Assembly (NCBI GenBank): GCA_964525635.1
Contig: CAZGJX010000083.1
Location: 1-20,960 of the forward strand
Direction of reading: 5' to 3'
Source of the DNA: an uncultured archaeon
GTDB lineage: Archaea; Asgardarchaeota; Lokiarchaeia; Sigyniarchaeales; SOKP01
Length of the DNA: 20,960 nucleotides
A program made the translations under genes and the position numbers. The notes beneath the pieces were generated by a model. The model saw only the letters and a list, made by a program, of their open reading frames with translations, did no database searches and was not told the DNA's origin. This document shows, piece after piece, positions 9,228 to 18,015 of this stretch. Position 1 is the stretch's first letter; the number at the start of each line of letters is the position of its first letter.

Positions 9228-9296
9228 TATTATGCAGATTCTTGGAAATAATCAAAAAATATGATATTACTAAGAAAGAAAAATAATTTTACAATA

Positions 9297-10970
9297 TTAA
9301 ATTGCTAATGGAGGTTCCCAAATACTCCATATTTCTCTATAAATATCACATATTTCGCCAACAGTAGCTCCTTCTTTTGTAGCCTTCATTATTATTGGCA
9401 TTACATTTTCCTCTCGCTCACATACATTTCGGAGTTCATCTAATATTGTTTCTAGTTTATTATTATCTCTCTTCTCTTTTAATTTTTTAATTCTTTTTAT
9501 TTCAATATCCATCGCTTCTTCATTTGTTTTAAAAACATCGCAGATGGTATCATATGAGATTGGATATTTATTTACACCTAACATAATTTCAGCTCCATTC
9601 TCCATTCGTTTTTGTCTCTTATGAAAAGCATCTCTCATCTCTTTATATAACCATCCAGTTGATAATGCTTTATCTATAGTACCAATACTTTTAATTTTAT
9701 CCATATATTTCCATACTCTTTCTTCGATTTCATCAGTTAGCCATTCTACATAATATGATCCAGCTAGAGGATCAACAGTATTGGTAATACGTGATTCATT
9801 TTCTATGATTTGTTGAGTTCTGAGAGCTACTAATGCAGCTTGTTTAGATGGAAGGCAAATCGCCTCATCATATGAATTAGTATGTAATGATTGGCATCCT
9901 CCTAATGTTGCTTCAAGTGCTTGGATTGCAGTTCTAGCTATATTAATTTGAGGCATTTGTGCGGTTAGAGAACTTCCTGCTGTCTGTACATGAAATCTAA
10001 ATTGAAGTGATTTTGGATCTTTAGCATTATATTGCTCTTTTATTAATTTTGCCCAAATTCTCCTTGCTGCTCTATATTTTGCAATTTCTTCAAAAAAATC
10101 CTTATGAGCTGAAAGGTGAAAAGCTAATCTATTAACGAAATCATCAACTTTCCATCCTCTTTCAATTAAATTTTCAATATGAGAACATGCGCTGGAGAAA
10201 ACAAATCCTAATTCTTGAACTGCATCAATACCTCCTTCTCTGTAATTATAACCTGTAAAATTAATTGGGTGCCACTTAGGTACGTTTTTCATTGGTACAG
10301 TCCATTCAATAAAATCACAAGCTAAACGTAGTAAATGATCTGGAGGGACATTTTTATATGGGATATATCCAACAGTCATTGTTAAAATATCATTTTGCGT
10401 TGTACCCATAAGATTTTTAATATCATAACCCTTTATTTTTGCCATATTAAAATACATTGAACAAACTGGAGCAGAAGTAAATGGTTCAACAACTAAAGCA
10501 ACACTAATTTTATCAATTGGAATATCTTTAGTAAGTGCAAATAAACTATCTATACAATATAGAGGAACACCTGAAGTACCCACTTCTGGAGCACCATCTT
10601 TATTAGTTGGATCAATACCATTAAATGTTAAAGCATCAACAGCAGCACTATAACCTGTTTCTCCATGCTTATATAAGAATTTCCAACGCTCATTAGTCTC
10701 TTCGGGAGTGCCATGACCACTGAATAATCGCATTGTCCATACTCTTCCCCTATACATAGATGAGTAGGGCCCTCTTGTGTAAGGAGGTTCTCCAGGAAAT
10801 CTTACATTCTCAAGATAGTCTCCTTTTATATCTAGGGGAGTATATAATTTCTTAACAGGGATTCCTGAATCTGTTTCAAATCTCTGATCACTTTCTTTTG
10901 TATCTTTATGTTTTTTTTCCCATTCTTCTTTTTCTTGTCTTATTCTTTGTAAATAATCCTTATCATACAT
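9297..10970 (-). CDS. AdoCbl-dependent acyl-CoA mutase, large (TIM-barrel, substrate-binding) subunit; methylmalonyl-CoA mutase family, specificity unknown
   Basis: 557 aa. TDSGIPVKKLYTP, PGEPPYTRGPY, GTTQNDIL, FFEEIAKYRAARRIW, RFHVQTAGSSLTAQ, QSLHTNSYDEA, DPLAGSYYVE and ATVGEI. No fused B12 domain. Confidence 0.96.
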   Translation of the reverse strand: MYDKDYLQRIRQEKEEWEKKHKDTKESDQRFETDSGIPVKKLYTPLDIKGDYLENVRFPGEPPYTRGPYSSMYRGRVWTMRLFSGHGTPEETNERWKFLYKHGETGYSAAVDALTFNGIDPTNKDGAPEVGTSGVPLYCIDSLFALTKDIPIDKISVALVVEPFTSAPVCSMYFNMAKIKGYDIKNLMGTTQNDILTMTVGYIPYKNVPPDHLLRLACDFIEWTVPMKNVPKWHPINFTGYNYREGGIDAVQELGFVFSSACSHIENLIERGWKVDDFVNRLAFHLSAHKDFFEEIAKYRAARRIWAKLIKEQYNAKDPKSLQFRFHVQTAGSSLTAQMPQINIARTAIQALEATLGGCQSLHTNSYDEAICLPSKQAALVALRTQQIIENESRITNTVDPLAGSYYVEWLTDEIEERVWKYMDKIKSIGTIDKALSTGWLYKEMRDAFHKRQKRMENGAEIMLGVNKYPISYDTICDVFKTNEEAMDIEIKRIKKLKEKRDNNKLETILDELRNVCEREENVMPIIMKATKEGATVGEICDIYREIWSIWEPPLAI

Positions 10971-11143
10971 TATTTAACCACGTAATTCAAAAATAGTAGA
11001 TTCCTATAAATTGTAATCCAAATAAAAAAATGTTCTAAGAAATTTATATTCTTTTAAATTTAAAGGTTTAAAATTAGTATTTTTAATATTTTTAAATTAT
11101 TTCCAAATATAGCAAGATTTAAAAAAAAGAAAAAGAGAGAGAT

Positions 11144-12442
11144 TTAGTCAAGAGCTTTCCATTTTTTTATAATTACACCAGGAATTTCAAGATTAGCCTG
11201 CATTGGGGTACATCCAGGATAAAAGTGTGTATTTGAAGTAATATTCTTGTGTTTTTCAGCACAGTCTCCAATTACAAAAACTTCTTTATCGCTACCTTTA
11301 ACATCCTCAGGAATATAAGCATTTTTTCCCAATATAATAATGGGTTCCTCATTATGTTTTTTAAATTTAGGAAATGTAAACGCAAGTCCATCACAAATAG
11401 CTCTTGTTAACGCTTTACATACATAACAAGGACAACCCTCGAGTATTCGTACACCAGAATATATTCCATTACATTCATTAGAGGGTTTTATAAAATCTCG
11501 TTTTATTTTATCGATTGATTCTCCTATGACATTAATTTTATCAAGATCCCTTGGTCCAGCACCAAGATGTGCTCCTAAACGGATAGTTCTAATATCCATT
11601 GGATCAAATCCCATTACTCGAGCACATACAGCATCAGTTGAAACTACATTATCTCCAGCTATAATCGTATTCATATCTGTTATTGTCATATATTCATGAC
11701 CTCTCATTGGGATTGGTCCTTGTCCTTGAACTGCCCAAATACCTGAGATAACCGTAAGGCGTGGAGGTAATGTTCGTGCAATATCAACAAATTTTAGACT
11801 TAATTTTCCATCATGAGCAATCATTTTATCTTCCCATTTGAATATCCCTTGATAATTTTTCATACCTAAAGTAACAGTTTCAAATGAGTGTGTTTTCATA
11901 GCAGGACAATTTATAAAAGCAACATCTTCTCTAGTTAATATTTCTGGTACATGAATCTTTGACATTGCATTTGCAGGTTTTTTAATTTCAATTTCTACTC
12001 TTTCCATGTTATTAAAATCAACAGCTTTTCCTCCCATTGATTCAACAGCTTTTTGTACACCAGAAATATCTAAAGTTATGCATGCCTGCCAACGATCATG
12101 ATAATCAAACGCACAAGTTTCACCAGTTATTACTTCTTTTGCATTTGCTTTTTCTAGTGCTAATTTTGTTATGGCCGCTAGGACTCTCGCATCAGTATTA
12201 GCAGCACCTTGAAGATCAATACACTCTTCACCAGTTTTTTTATCAACTTTTATCGAACCGAAATATGTACAACAATTTGGTTTTAATACAACAGTTTCTC
12301 CTGGTTTTATGTATTTATCAATACCACCAAGTAAATCGAATATTTCTTCAACCATTTTTAAAACTACTTGAAATTCTTCTTCAGTATATTTACTTGGGAG
12401 TCCTGGAATTTCATCACGATGCACAATAGCAACTTTAGTCAA
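11144..12442 (-). CDS. DUF362-family Fe-S protein with C-terminal Cys-rich domain
   Basis: LLGGIDKYIKPGETVVLKPN, INCPAMKTH, TLGMKNYQG, GQGP and DAVCARVMGFDP; C-terminal GCPCYVC...GDCA...PGCTP. Likely start is TTG at 12442 (MTKVAIV), with the GTG at 12451 being part of the AAGGTG RBS. Confidence 0.85.
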   Translation of the reverse strand: MTKVAIVHRDEIPGLPSKYTEEEFQVVLKMVEEIFDLLGGIDKYIKPGETVVLKPNCCTYFGSIKVDKKTGEECIDLQGAANTDARVLAAITKLALEKANAKEVITGETCAFDYHDRWQACITLDISGVQKAVESMGGKAVDFNNMERVEIEIKKPANAMSKIHVPEILTREDVAFINCPAMKTHSFETVTLGMKNYQGIFKWEDKMIAHDGKLSLKFVDIARTLPPRLTVISGIWAVQGQGPIPMRGHEYMTITDMNTIIAGDNVVSTDAVCARVMGFDPMDIRTIRLGAHLGAGPRDLDKINVIGESIDKIKRDFIKPSNECNGIYSGVRILEGCPCYVCKALTRAICDGLAFTFPKFKKHNEEPIIILGKNAYIPEDVKGSDKEVFVIGDCAEKHKNITSNTHFYPGCTPMQANLEIPGVIIKKWKALD

Positions 12443-12576
12443 TAAATTCACCTTAATTTATTTAGTTAAAAAAAATATTTTAAATGTACTTTAAGCTAAT
12501 AAAAAATAATAACTAAAAAAAATTTATTCTTAAAGAATTTGAAATTTAAAGGATTAAATATTTTATATATTGAATT

Positions 12577-13368
12577 ATGAAAAAATTTGAAAATAAAGTA
12601 GTCTTCATAACTGGAGGCGGATCAGGACTAGGAGAAAAAATTGCAAAAGATTTCGCTGAAGATGGTGCTAATGTAGTAATTTTTGATATTAGTGCTGAAA
12701 ATGGAAAACGTGTTGAATCGGAAATTAAAGAAAAAGGTGGAGAGGCTTTATTTACAGAAGGTGATGTTAAAGATTCCAAAACTGTTAAGGAATGTGTAGC
12801 AAAAGCTTTTGAAAAATATGGTACTATAGATTTTCTTATAAATTCTGCTGGTATTTTAAGAGATGGTTTAATTCATAAGTTACCTGAAGAAAAATGGGAT
12901 TTAGTTATCGATATTAACCTTAAAGGTTGTTTTTTATGTCTTCAAGAATGTTCTAAAAGATGGATTCAACATGCTAAAGAAAATCGAAAAGAACACATCG
13001 CAGATTATCCCGATAAAAGAGTGATTAATATAAGCAGTCAAGCTGCTGAAGGAAACATCGGTCAAATAAGTTATGCTTCTTCTAAAGCAGGTATAATAGG
13101 ATTAACTAAAACAGCAGCTATTGAGTTAATCAGATATAATATTAAAACACATGCAATAATGCCAACATTAATTGAAACTCCAATCCTTGGTGAATTATTA
13201 GAAAAAGAAGATGGTAAATGGAGAAAATATTATGAAGGGAGAATTCCATTAGGAATTGGAAAACCCAAGTATGTCTCTGATGCAATTCGATTTCTTTGTA
13301 GTGATGATTCTTGGTTTATGAACGGAGTAATTTTACCAATAAACGGTGGCAGGTTAGGACCACTTTAA
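12577..13368 (+). CDS. Classical SDR oxidoreductase, FabG/PhaB-like 3-oxoacyl-thioester reductase
   Basis: TGGGSGLG, INSAGILRD, WDLVIDINLKG, INISS, GNIGQISYASSKAG (YxxxK) and INGG. Confidence 0.9.
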   Translation: MKKFENKVVFITGGGSGLGEKIAKDFAEDGANVVIFDISAENGKRVESEIKEKGGEALFTEGDVKDSKTVKECVAKAFEKYGTIDFLINSAGILRDGLIHKLPEEKWDLVIDINLKGCFLCLQECSKRWIQHAKENRKEHIADYPDKRVINISSQAAEGNIGQISYASSKAGIIGLTKTAAIELIRYNIKTHAIMPTLIETPILGELLEKEDGKWRKYYEGRIPLGIGKPKYVSDAIRFLCSDDSWFMNGVILPINGGRLGPL

Positions 13369-13470
13369 TTATTATAGATTATAATATCTTATTTTTCTTT
13401 TACTATTTTATATTAAATTCAATAAAGTACTGAATAATAAATAAATACTTAATTGATTTATTTTTCACCT

Positions 13471-14280
13471 TTAGATGATACTACCTGTCTTTAAAATAAT
13501 TAAACATATAAAATAAATCAATAAGAAATTACCAATTAATATCCCTACATCTTTAACTCCTTGAGTAGAGGAAGTAGGACGCCTAAATGTAAACATAATC
13601 CCAAGTGGCATAAAGAGTAAAGGGATGAAATAATAGTCTTGAAGAAGAATAAATGACCAGATTGTAAAGATGATTGAAAAAATCGAAAAAATCCATATTA
13701 CTATTTGACATTGTTTTAATGATAAATGTTTTCTCATTGAATCATTATCTATTACCTCATGAACAAGTTGTCCTAAAGTTCCGATTAAGAAAAATGCAAT
13801 TAAGAAAATGAACTCCCCATAAAAGAGAACATTTTTATCCCCACCTACTTTAACCATAAAATAAGGGAGGATTACATGAGATACCGTTAAAAATATCTGA
13901 TTTATGATAATTAATGATTTTATCCATATACAATAACTTATAACCATAAAACCAGCAATTCCAAGGAGAATACCATTAATATAATTTTGAAAACAAGTAC
14001 GTAATAGTAAAGTAATTCCAAAAATGAAGGCAGCTAATCCAATTGTAAAGATTTCTCTTGGATGATAACCCTCGACTCTTTTAATAGTTTCTATTTCTTC
14101 TTGATCTTTCATATCAAAAAAATCATTCCATGTATTTCCAGCTATTCCAAGAAAAAAAAATCCAATTATTATATCAAAATAATCAAAGGGATTGAGATCA
14201 TTTAGATAAATTGCTATTAAAATAGGAATTAAAACACTAAAAAGATAATCTAACCTTAAAATATCAATTCTTCTAGACAT
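13471..14280 (-). CDS. UbiA prenyltransferase superfamily membrane protein (divergent)
   Basis: Multiple TM segments, N-terminal ILRL and acidic motifs WNDFFDMKD...KR and HEVIDND. Confidence 0.75.
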   Translation of the reverse strand: MSRRIDILRLDYLFSVLIPILIAIYLNDLNPFDYFDIIIGFFFLGIAGNTWNDFFDMKDQEEIETIKRVEGYHPREIFTIGLAAFIFGITLLLRTCFQNYINGILLGIAGFMVISYCIWIKSLIIINQIFLTVSHVILPYFMVKVGGDKNVLFYGEFIFLIAFFLIGTLGQLVHEVIDNDSMRKHLSLKQCQIVIWIFSIFSIIFTIWSFILLQDYYFIPLLFMPLGIMFTFRRPTSSTQGVKDVGILIGNFLLIYFICLIILKTGSII

Positions 14281-14456
14281 TTTTCTCTAATGAATTAAAT
14301 ATTATTTTTTAATTAATATAAAATATGAATGTTATTATGTCTTGGTAGTTCGTGAGTCAAAAGTGAATAATATTTAAAAATCAATAATATTATATTACTA
14401 AACCGTGATTAATTAAATAAGTTAAGTTTTTTATTAAAGATTTAATTGGTGAGATT

Positions 14457-14855
14457 ATGCCAGATCTAGATAATAATAAATCCAATGAATCAAAATTATT
14501 TCTTGAGTTAGTTCCATGTGTAAGATGTAGAAATGCATTTATGCGTAGACCTGGCAGTAATGAAAAAGATATATGTGAAAATTGTATAAGATTAGAAAAA
14601 AGAAAGCAAGAATTAGAGAAAGATATATCAGAAGTACAGCATAAAATTGAACTGAAAATTGATAAAATGAGACATGAGATGTCTCAGAATAATAAAAAAT
14701 TTAATAAACAATATTTTGTAGAAAGGATTAAAAAAGGATCTGATGTTTTAACAAAATCAATTGAATTGCTAAAAAAGATTGAAGAAACGAATGATGAGAA
14801 GTATATCGAAGAATATCAAAAATTATTTGATAAAATAAAGAAGGAATATTCCTAA
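14457..14855 (+). CDS. Hypothetical protein: C4 zinc finger followed by coiled coil
   Basis: CVRC-x15-CENC followed by K/E-rich helical sequence. GGTGA RBS upstream of the ATG. Confidence 0.75.
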   Translation: MPDLDNNKSNESKLFLELVPCVRCRNAFMRRPGSNEKDICENCIRLEKRKQELEKDISEVQHKIELKIDKMRHEMSQNNKKFNKQYFVERIKKGSDVLTKSIELLKKIEETNDEKYIEEYQKLFDKIKKEYS

Positions 14856-14873
14856 ATAATTTCGTTCTTATTT

Positions 14874-15659
14874 TTATTTAATTTTTTGAATTACACACCC
14901 TATATTCATTAATTTGTTAATAGACTGATATTTTGCTTCCATTTTCATAAAATAAGATAAAATTTTTACGATAAAATCCCATATTTTTCTAAACCATAAT
15001 TTTTGCTGATATCGATTTCTTAAACTCTTTATTTGATCTTCAACCTTTTGAGGATTATATGATTGGATTTCAGTTATTTTAAATAGTTGTCCATAAATCC
15101 CAAATGTATTAATTATTTTTAAATTATATTGGTAAAATAATTCTTTTAATTGTCTTATTTCATATCTTCGATAATGTCCAATTAATTTATCCTGATTGCT
15201 AAAATATTTCATTTTATGAGGAATAGTAGCTATAATTAATCCCTTCTTTTTTAGAATTCTGCTGATTTCTTCTATAGCTATATAATCTTTTTTAATATGT
15301 TCAAGTACATCTAAAATAATTATTAGGTCAAATTTTTTATTTCTATAAGGTAAATTACAAAGATCTGCATTAATAGGATGGAAAATTTGTTCACTTTCTT
15401 TTAGTATATTTTTATTTAGGTATTGTTTTAAAGGAGTTTCTGCTATATCTAAATAGGATTTATGATTTATGTTTTCTAAAAAAAAAAGAAAAGAATTTCC
15501 AGAACATCCAATATCTAACGCATTTTTAAATATACTCCTTTTACCTATAATTTTCTTTAGAATATCAAATTTACATTTAATTCCTGGAGAGATATAATAT
15601 TCTGATATAGTCCTTAATGAAAAATTTAGATGTTTATCGTAAAAGTCTTTACTGGTCAT
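14874..15659 (-). CDS. Class I SAM-dependent methyltransferase (Methyltransf_11-like)
   Basis: ALDIGCSG, ADLCNLPY, FDLIIILDVLEHI, EISRILKKKG, ATIP and DKLIGHYRRY. Confidence 0.9.
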   Translation of the reverse strand: MTSKDFYDKHLNFSLRTISEYYISPGIKCKFDILKKIIGKRSIFKNALDIGCSGNSFLFFLENINHKSYLDIAETPLKQYLNKNILKESEQIFHPINADLCNLPYRNKKFDLIIILDVLEHIKKDYIAIEEISRILKKKGLIIATIPHKMKYFSNQDKLIGHYRRYEIRQLKELFYQYNLKIINTFGIYGQLFKITEIQSYNPQKVEDQIKSLRNRYQQKLWFRKIWDFIVKILSYFMKMEAKYQSINKLMNIGCVIQKIK

Positions 15660-15857
15660 TTAAAGGTTTCAATTTTTAATATTTCACAATAGTATTTTTC
15701 TTAGAAGATATATAGTTTTGAAAATTTGTACTTTATTTAATTTAATTATTTATTATACGAATTTTGAAAAAGATCAAATTACTATTAATAATTATTAATT
15801 TTATATACTTAATACAAATATAAATTGATAAAGTTAAAATTATTAATTTAATAAAAA

Positions 15858-16277
15858 GTGATAAATTTGATTGAACTTAGTATATTTCTTCCAAATAAAC
15901 CTGGAATGCTTGCAGAGTTAATAAAAAAATTATCAGATAATAATATAACTCTAAGAGCAATATCGGTAGTTGAGACTGCGGATTATGGTCTAATCTTACT
16001 TTTAGTGGATAAAGCAAATGAATGTATTGAACTTCTAGAGAAAAGTGATTATGAATTTACTTCAACAGATGTACTAGCAATTAAATATGGTGGAAATCCC
16101 TCAATCCTATTTAATATTGCAGAAATATTAGGAGAAAATAATGTAAATATTGAATATTTATATTTAACTGTTGTAGAGAGTGATTCTTTAATAATTTTGA
16201 GAGTTGATAATATAGAAAAAGGACAGAATATTCTTCAAAAAAATAGCTTTATAATTATTGAAGAGAACGGATTATAA
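15858..16277 (+). CDS. Tandem ACT-domain protein
   Basis: ELSIFLPNKPGMLAEL...NITLRAISVVETADYGLI, and a second repeat ...LGENNVNIEYLY...ILRVDN. Alternative TTG start at 15867. Confidence 0.9.
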   Translation: MINLIELSIFLPNKPGMLAELIKKLSDNNITLRAISVVETADYGLILLLVDKANECIELLEKSDYEFTSTDVLAIKYGGNPSILFNIAEILGENNVNIEYLYLTVVESDSLIILRVDNIEKGQNILQKNSFIIIEENGL

Positions 16278-16330
16278 CCTCTATTATTTAATTAATTAAA
16301 GAAAAAAATAAATTATAATAATTTTATTTA

Positions 16331-16837
16331 TTATTTTCTTGCTTTTCTTGACTTTTTGGTAATTTCATTGGTAATATAAAATCCAACAACATAACATATT
16401 AGAATTATAAAAAATGAAATAGCTCCAACAATATAAAACCATCTTGTAAAATAACCCCAAAGCTCTCTTATCAAAAACTCAAAAAGCCACATAACTGCTC
16501 CTGCAGCTGTTACAAATATTATATCCCATAATGCATTCATCCATGAGTCTTTTCCACGTTGTCGCCACCCCCAATGATAAATGAGTGTATTTTCTAAGAG
16601 TTCCCATAATATTGCAACTAAGAATGTAAATAAAAATACCATCCACCATGCAATAATACTTGCACCCCGACCATACATAAATTCTGGAATGGTGATTGTA
16701 AGTGAAAATACAAGAAAAGCAGCAATTCCTATATCCATATGACCCCAGCTATAGAAATCCCAAGCAGATCGGCCAACATAGTCATCAACAAGCCCTACAA
16801 AAGGTATATATTTTTCTTCTTTTTTTTTTTCACTCAA
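16331..16837 (-). CDS. Membrane protein with H...WExxEN...DS..N...D motif (DUF2585-like)
   Basis: About 4 TM segments; DFYSWGH, WELLEN and DSWMNALWD. TTG start with AGTGA upstream. Confidence 0.65.
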   Translation of the reverse strand: MSEKKKEEKYIPFVGLVDDYVGRSAWDFYSWGHMDIGIAAFLVFSLTITIPEFMYGRGASIIAWWMVFLFTFLVAILWELLENTLIYHWGWRQRGKDSWMNALWDIIFVTAAGAVMWLFEFLIRELWGYFTRWFYIVGAISFFIILICYVVGFYITNEITKKSRKARK

Positions 16838-18015
16838 ATTAAATCACTTTTTTTTTATACATTTAACATTAAATTGCTAGTTTAAAAGTCTATAGTTATC
16901 GGATATCTATAGAAAGAAAAATATAATTTCTGATATAATAGAACCTCCAGAATTATATTAGTATAAAAATGTAGATATATTTTTTAAAATTATATCTAAT
17001 CAATTGAAAAAAGATAATATATTTAGATAAGAAATAACAGGTGTTTTTTTTTTATTAAATGAATGCTTATTTTCTTTAAGAATATTTCTAATTTTATATA
17101 GAGTATTTCAATTTGTCGGATATAGATTCAATTATAGTGTTTCTTTTTTTTTTCTGCTGTTTTTATCTATATTATTTCTCTTTTTAAAAGTCCTATTAGG
17201 TTTATCTAAGAAAATCACCTAAAATAACTAAGATATTTGTGTACAAAATTTCAAATTTTCATTGAAAAATCATATGAAATTAATTTAAAAAATGCGCCAA
17301 ATAATGAATGATCTCTTTAATAATAATTGTGTATTTCATGATCATAGGAATTATCTGCAAGAATAATCAAATCATTTTATATACTTAGGATAAGAGCTTT
17401 TATTCCGTTTTTCTCAATCTTTATTCTTATTAAAATTTTAATAAAATCTATATTTCTTTTGTATATTGCATTATAAATTAAATTTCAAAATTAATTTCGG
17501 TTAAATTAATAAAAAATAAGTGATGCACATCGAATAAAATGTAAGAAAAAATTTCATTTTTGTTTTAATTTATGAGCTTTTTTTCTGTATATGTTTATCC
17601 TTTAGAAGTATTAGGTAAATCAAATAATAATGCTTACAATACCATATCATAACAAAAGATTTGATTAAATAATCGCGCCAAGCGTTCAGAGAATTGACGA
17701 AAGATTTATTAATATGAAAAAACATATTATATATTAGAAAAACATTTTTCTATAATGTAGTGGAATGTTTGTTTTTAGCCATAATTTTAATTATTCCTCC
17801 ACAAAAATAATAAATAAAAGCTAATATAATTCTCAAGCATTCCATTACTTTATTTATTTCTTTTTTTTTTTAATAAAAATAGATTTCTCAATGATACATA
17901 TTTAAAAAAAAACACATTATTCATTATGGAAAAAAAAAATTATATGATTTCAACTATTGCTGAATTAATAATTTTTATTATATAAATATTAGAAAAATTA
18001 AGGGAATTTGAGGAT

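Noticed and set aside
9297-10970. Annotation as ordinary methylmalonyl-CoA mutase (mcmA/scpA) or icmA
   Set aside because: The Tyr89/Arg207 carboxylate-binding pair is absent and the ICM-type Gln is also missing, so no gene symbol was given.
3778-13368. Polyhydroxyalkanoate synthesis locus (PhaJ plus PhaB-like genes)
   Set aside because: No PHA synthase, phasin or thiolase is in the window, and MaoC and SDR families are functionally broad.
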